Positions 47,834 to 51,023 of a stretch of DNA of 51,023 bases are shown piece after piece (within the stretch, counting starts at the first letter, position 1; the number at the start of each line of letters is the position of its first letter). Origin of the DNA: Candidatus Omnitrophota bacterium. Its GTDB lineage: Bacteria > Omnitrophota > Gorgyraeia > Pluralincolimonadales > Pluralincolimonadaceae. The notes beneath the pieces are model-generated. The model did no database searches, had not been told where the DNA came from, and was given only the letters and a program-made list of their open reading frames with translations. The position numbers and the translations under genes were made by a program. Location: positions 1 through 51,023 of the forward strand of contig JAZDOX010000087.1 of NCBI GenBank assembly GCA_043798215.1, given 5' to 3'.

Positions 47834-47887
47834 AGCGCTTGGTTCGGGACCAAGAGGTCGTGCGTTCAAGTCGCACCGCCCCGACCA
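47811..47887 (+). tRNA. tRNA-Pro (anticodon CGG)
   Basis: Full cloverleaf: acceptor cggggcg/cgccccg, anticodon arm cttgg-ttCGGga-ccaag, T arm gtgcg-ttcaagt-cgcac, encoded CCA. Confidence 0.97.
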
Positions 47888-47931
47888 TGAATTCGCGCGC
47901 GTTTTTATTATGCGAATTCACTCCGAGTTCT

Positions 47932-47967
47932 GCCGGCAGGATTTTTACCAAAATCCTGCCGGCGTTT
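47932..47967 (+). terminator. 14-bp hairpin after the tRNA, possible terminator
   Basis: gccggcaggatttt-tacc-aaaatcctgccggc-gttt. Confidence 0.55.
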
Positions 47968-47999
47968 AGAACGAGGAGTATATTAGGCAAGAGGGAATT

Positions 48000-48293
48000 A
48001 TGAGAGCCATTAGTAACAAAGAGAAATTGCTCGAAACATGCAAAAATAATGACATTATATTTTTGGCGATATTCGGCTCTTTTATAACAGGTAATTTTAC
48101 AGAAGAGAGCGATATTGATCTCTTAGCTCATTTTTCAAAACCCAAGAGTTTGCTCGATCTTGTAAGGATTGAAAGAGTACTTTCAGAGGTTTTGGGCAGA
48201 AAGACAGATTTATTAACCGAAGCCTCTATCAGCCCCTATTTAAGAGACCGGATTAAAAATGAAATGGAGGTAGTTTATGAAAGAGCGGGATGA
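48000..48293 (+). CDS. Minimal nucleotidyltransferase (MNT/MntA-like antitoxin)
   Basis: FGS-x10-DID motif, LGRKTDL, 97 aa. Confidence 0.9.
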   Translation: MRAISNKEKLLETCKNNDIIFLAIFGSFITGNFTEESDIDLLAHFSKPKSLLDLVRIERVLSEVLGRKTDLLTEASISPYLRDRIKNEMEVVYERAG

Positions 48294-48444
48294 TACAGTA
48301 TACCTAAAGCATATTTTGGATGCGATTGATAGAATTGAAGGATATCTTTCTGGGATTAGTCAGGAGACTTTTACCAAGACCCCGCTTCTTCAAGACGGCG
48401 TCATTCGGCAAACCGAAATCATTGGAGAGGCAGCTAAATTCTAA
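48277..48444 (+). pseudogene. Truncated HEPN (DUF86/HepT-like) toxin, 55 aa
   Basis: MKERDDTVYLKHILDAIDRIE...QDGVIRQTEIIGEAAKF*; stops before the R-x4-H motif; not in the ORF track. Confidence 0.85.
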
Positions 48445-48462
48445 TGCGAGTGTAAGTAAAAT

Positions 48463-49146
48463 ATGAACAATTCATTTACTATTCACGATTTGCCTAAAGA
48501 AGAACGTCCGCGCGAACGGTTGGTTAGGTTTGGCGAGCAGGCGCTCTCGGCCCAAGAATTATTGCAGCTTATTTTGGGCCGCGGCATTGCAGGTGAATCG
48601 GTGGCAGTTACGGCGCAAAAACTACTATCGCAATTTGGCAGTTTGCAAAAATTAGCCGAGGCAACTATTGAGGAACTGTCTTCAGTCAAAGGAATTGGAT
48701 TAGCCAAAGCCTCTCAAATAAAAGCCGCATTTGAAATTGGCCGCAGGCTTTCCACACAGGTTGCGCCTTACAAAAGTAAAGAGCTTACCGATCCCAAAAA
48801 GGTCTATCAGCTGATAAAGAGCAAGCTCAAAAATTATCACAAAGAACATTTTTACATTATTGTCCTCAATAGTAGAAATTGGTCAGTTGCAGAAGTTTCA
48901 ATTGGCAGTCTGAATGCTAGCATTGTTCATCCGCGCGAAGTATTCGCGGAAGCAATCAAAAACAAAGCGGCATCCGTCATATTCGTTCACAACCATCCAT
49001 CGGGCGACCCCGAGCCGTCAGAAGGCGATTTAGTAATAACAAATAGATTAGTTGAAGCCGGTAAAATTTTGGAAATAGAAGTGGTTGACCATATCATTAT
49101 TACAAACAATAGCTTTCTAAGCTTTAAGGAACGTAAACTGCTATGA
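48463..49146 (+). CDS. radC: RadC family protein (HhH + JAB)
   Basis: ERPRERL, KGIGLAKA, VHPREVF, HNHPSGDPEPS..D, DHII. Confidence 0.95.
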   Translation: MNNSFTIHDLPKEERPRERLVRFGEQALSAQELLQLILGRGIAGESVAVTAQKLLSQFGSLQKLAEATIEELSSVKGIGLAKASQIKAAFEIGRRLSTQVAPYKSKELTDPKKVYQLIKSKLKNYHKEHFYIIVLNSRNWSVAEVSIGSLNASIVHPREVFAEAIKNKAASVIFVHNHPSGDPEPSEGDLVITNRLVEAGKILEIEVVDHIIITNNSFLSFKERKLL

Positions 49147-51023
49147 ATCCTGAAATAAACAAATGCGACATTGAATTTTTAATTGATTGCCTCAAGAACG
49201 GAAAAGAGATTCCGGAAGTTTATAAATACGCAATTTTCCCGACTAAGCAAAAAGAATATGAGCTTGTCTATGCCGGAAAAATGCGAAAGGAAGATGTGCT
49301 TGCGGACACCGAAGAAGCCAAGCCGGTGCCACTACAAATTGAAAAGGTTTTTAACGGTAAGAAATATCCTCTTTACTCCAAAGATTGGCACAATCTTTTA
49401 GTTTTCGGTGACAATTTGCAAATTCTCAAAACTTTTAACGAAAACAAAGAACAGCTCGTCAAAAATAAAATCAAAGGTAAAATAAAACTTATTTATATTG
49501 ATCCCCCTTTCGGGACCGGTGATGAATATGACGGAGCGAAAGGTCAAAGTGCTTATAGCGCGAAAAAGAAAGGGGCTGATTTTGTAGAATTTTTGCGTCG
49601 GCGGTTAATTTTATTAAAAGAAGTTTTATCAGATGATGGTTTTATATTTTTGCGAATGGATTTTCATTTCGGCCATTATGCAAAGATAATTATGGACGAA
49701 ATTTTCGGTAAAGAAAATTTTCTCAACGAAATTACTATAAATAGAACAAATAAACAATGGGAGGGTGTTAATAGATTTAATTCTGCAACTGATAGTTTGT
49801 TTTTATATTCAAAAACGCAAAATTATGTTTTTAAAACTATTTATAGGCAAAGGCAAAAGGAAGCAACATGGATAAATGCTCATAGCCCTGGAATACGGTA
49901 TCCGAGAGAAAGAGTTTTTAATGGAAAAACTTATTTTCCACCGCAGGAAAGACACTGGACGTTTAATCAGGAAACAATGAATAGATATATTAAAGAAGGA
50001 CGAATCAGGGATAAAAATGGAATACTGCAATACTTACAATCAGGTTTAGAGGTTTGTACTTCAAATTGGACAGATATTCCAGGCTATTCTTCTACAACAG
50101 GATATCCAACGGAAAATTCAGAAGTTGTTTTGGAAAGAGTTATTCGCTGTTGCTCAAACGAAAGCGATTTGGTAATGGATGTTTTTGCTGGTAGCGGAAC
50201 AACACTTGCCGTTGCCGAAAAACTTGGTCGTCGTTGGATTGGCTGTGATATTGGGAAATTGGCGATTTATACAACGCAAAAACGATTGCTTGAAATAGAC
50301 CAAAGTAAAGATTTAAGTGAAACAAAGAAAAAATATGGCAAACCGGCAAAATCTTTTGCCGTTGTTACCTCCGGGCTTTACGATCTTGGAAAGATTTTTG
50401 CATTACAAAAAGACGAATATATCCGCTTTGTGAAAGATTTATTTGAGATTGAGGAAACAAAAACGACAAAAATCGGCGGCATTGACATTGACGGCAAGAA
50501 ACGGGAATTTTGCGTAAAAATCTTTCCGTATTGGGAATTGAAAAACGCCAGCGTTGACGAAAAGTATTTGGAGGAATTGCACAAAAATATCGGCAAGAAA
50601 AGTGACGGCAGATTTTATATAATCGCGCCCGCAAATAATGTCAATTTTATCAGCGACTATCATCAGATTGATAATGTCCGCTATTATTTTCTCAAAGTGC
50701 CATATCAGATAATTAAAGAATTGCACAAGGTGCAGTTTAAGAAATTTCGCCAGCCGCAAAGCAAAAGCCAAATTAACGATCTAGACGAGGCAATTGGTTT
50801 TCATTTTATCCGCCAGCCAGAAGTAAAATCGGAAATAAAAATTTTAAAAGATACGGTCATTTTGAAAATTCAAAAATTTGAGTCCGCCTATTCGCAAGAC
50901 GAAACAGGCGAAAAGCTCAAAAACTTTGAAAGTTTGGCGATGTTGCTTGTGGACTTAAATTATGACGGTGAAAAATTTATGATGACAAATTACTTTTTCG
51001 CGCAGGACTTGCTTAATCACAAG
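49143..51023 (+). CDS. Beta-class DNA methyltransferase, type III R-M Mod-like; runs off the right edge
   Basis: ATGA overlap with radC; in frame GDNL, IYIDPPF (DPPF at 49500), YPTENSE, DVFAGSGTT (50178), RRWIGCD and a long C-terminal region. Confidence 0.9.
   Translation, partial: MNPEINKCDIEFLIDCLKNGKEIPEVYKYAIFPTKQKEYELVYAGKMRKEDVLADTEEAKPVPLQIEKVFNGKKYPLYSKDWHNLLVFGDNLQILKTFNENKEQLVKNKIKGKIKLIYIDPPFGTGDEYDGAKGQSAYSAKKKGADFVEFLRRRLILLKEVLSDDGFIFLRMDFHFGHYAKIIMDEIFGKENFLNEITINRTNKQWEGVNRFNSATDSLFLYSKTQNYVFKTIYRQRQKEATWINAHSPGIRYPRERVFNGKTYFPPQERHWTFNQETMNRYIKEGRIRDKNGILQYLQSGLEVCTSNWTDIPGYSSTTGYPTENSEVVLERVIRCCSNESDLVMDVFAGSGTTLAVAEKLGRRWIGCDIGKLAIYTTQKRLLEIDQSKDLSETKKKYGKPAKSFAVVTSGLYDLGKIFALQKDEYIRFVKDLFEIEETKTTKIGGIDIDGKKREFCVKIFPYWELKNASVDEKYLEELHKNIGKKSDGRFYIIAPANNVNFISDYHQIDNVRYYFLKVPYQIIKELHKVQFKKFRQPQSKSQINDLDEAIGFHFIRQPEVKSEIKILKDTVILKIQKFESAYSQDETGEKLKNFESLAMLLVDLNYDGEKFMMTNYFFAQDLLNHK

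Noticed and set aside
47441-47887. tRNA with a group I intron encoding a homing endonuclease
   Set aside because: The downstream tRNA is already complete, the 5' part is duplicated rather than split, and there is no room for a ribozyme core.
49183-49401. 72-aa ORF after radC
   Set aside because: It is an alternate frame of the Mod-like CDS that starts at 49143.
54-50771. Numerous minus-strand and alternate-frame ORFs overlapping recognised genes
   Set aside because: They are shadow ORFs of long + strand CDSs. Only 39791-40966 has domain support on the minus strand.

Overview
This is a bacterial chromosomal window in which almost every gene is on the + strand. The gene content suggests a PVC-group (Omnitrophota-like) organism, but that is inference. 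In order it holds: the 3' end of a hybrid histidine kinase and three stand-alone receiver genes; an RND efflux set (MFP, two AcrB-like paralogues, TolC-like); recA-degP-recX-alaS running into hisD-B-H-A-F-I and trpE-G-D-C-F; pilZ, htpX and dinG; a repeat-flanked two-gene islet with a HEPN-like protein; smc; a convergent GAF-GGDEF gene; an FMN-riboswitch-led ribBA-ribH-nusB-PHP-ribD-ribE operon; a thermonuclease; tRNA-Pro(CGG); and an accessory tail (MNT, truncated HEPN, radC, type III-like Mod). Two non-gene signals stand out. (1) A small GIY-YIG nuclease sits between a remodelled 5' copy of tRNA-Pro and the intact tRNA-Pro. Its ATG lies exactly at the T-loop of the first copy and its stop codon lies inside the second. 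(2) The window carries many nested palindromic elements: MITEs with target duplications, REP doublets, 19-30 bp CCTG-type micro-palindromes, heptamer arrays, an IS200/605-type remnant and a RAYT fragment. Several sit in frame inside conserved genes (tolC-like, recX, hisH, hisF) or supply stop codons. All calls were made by eye, without database searches.
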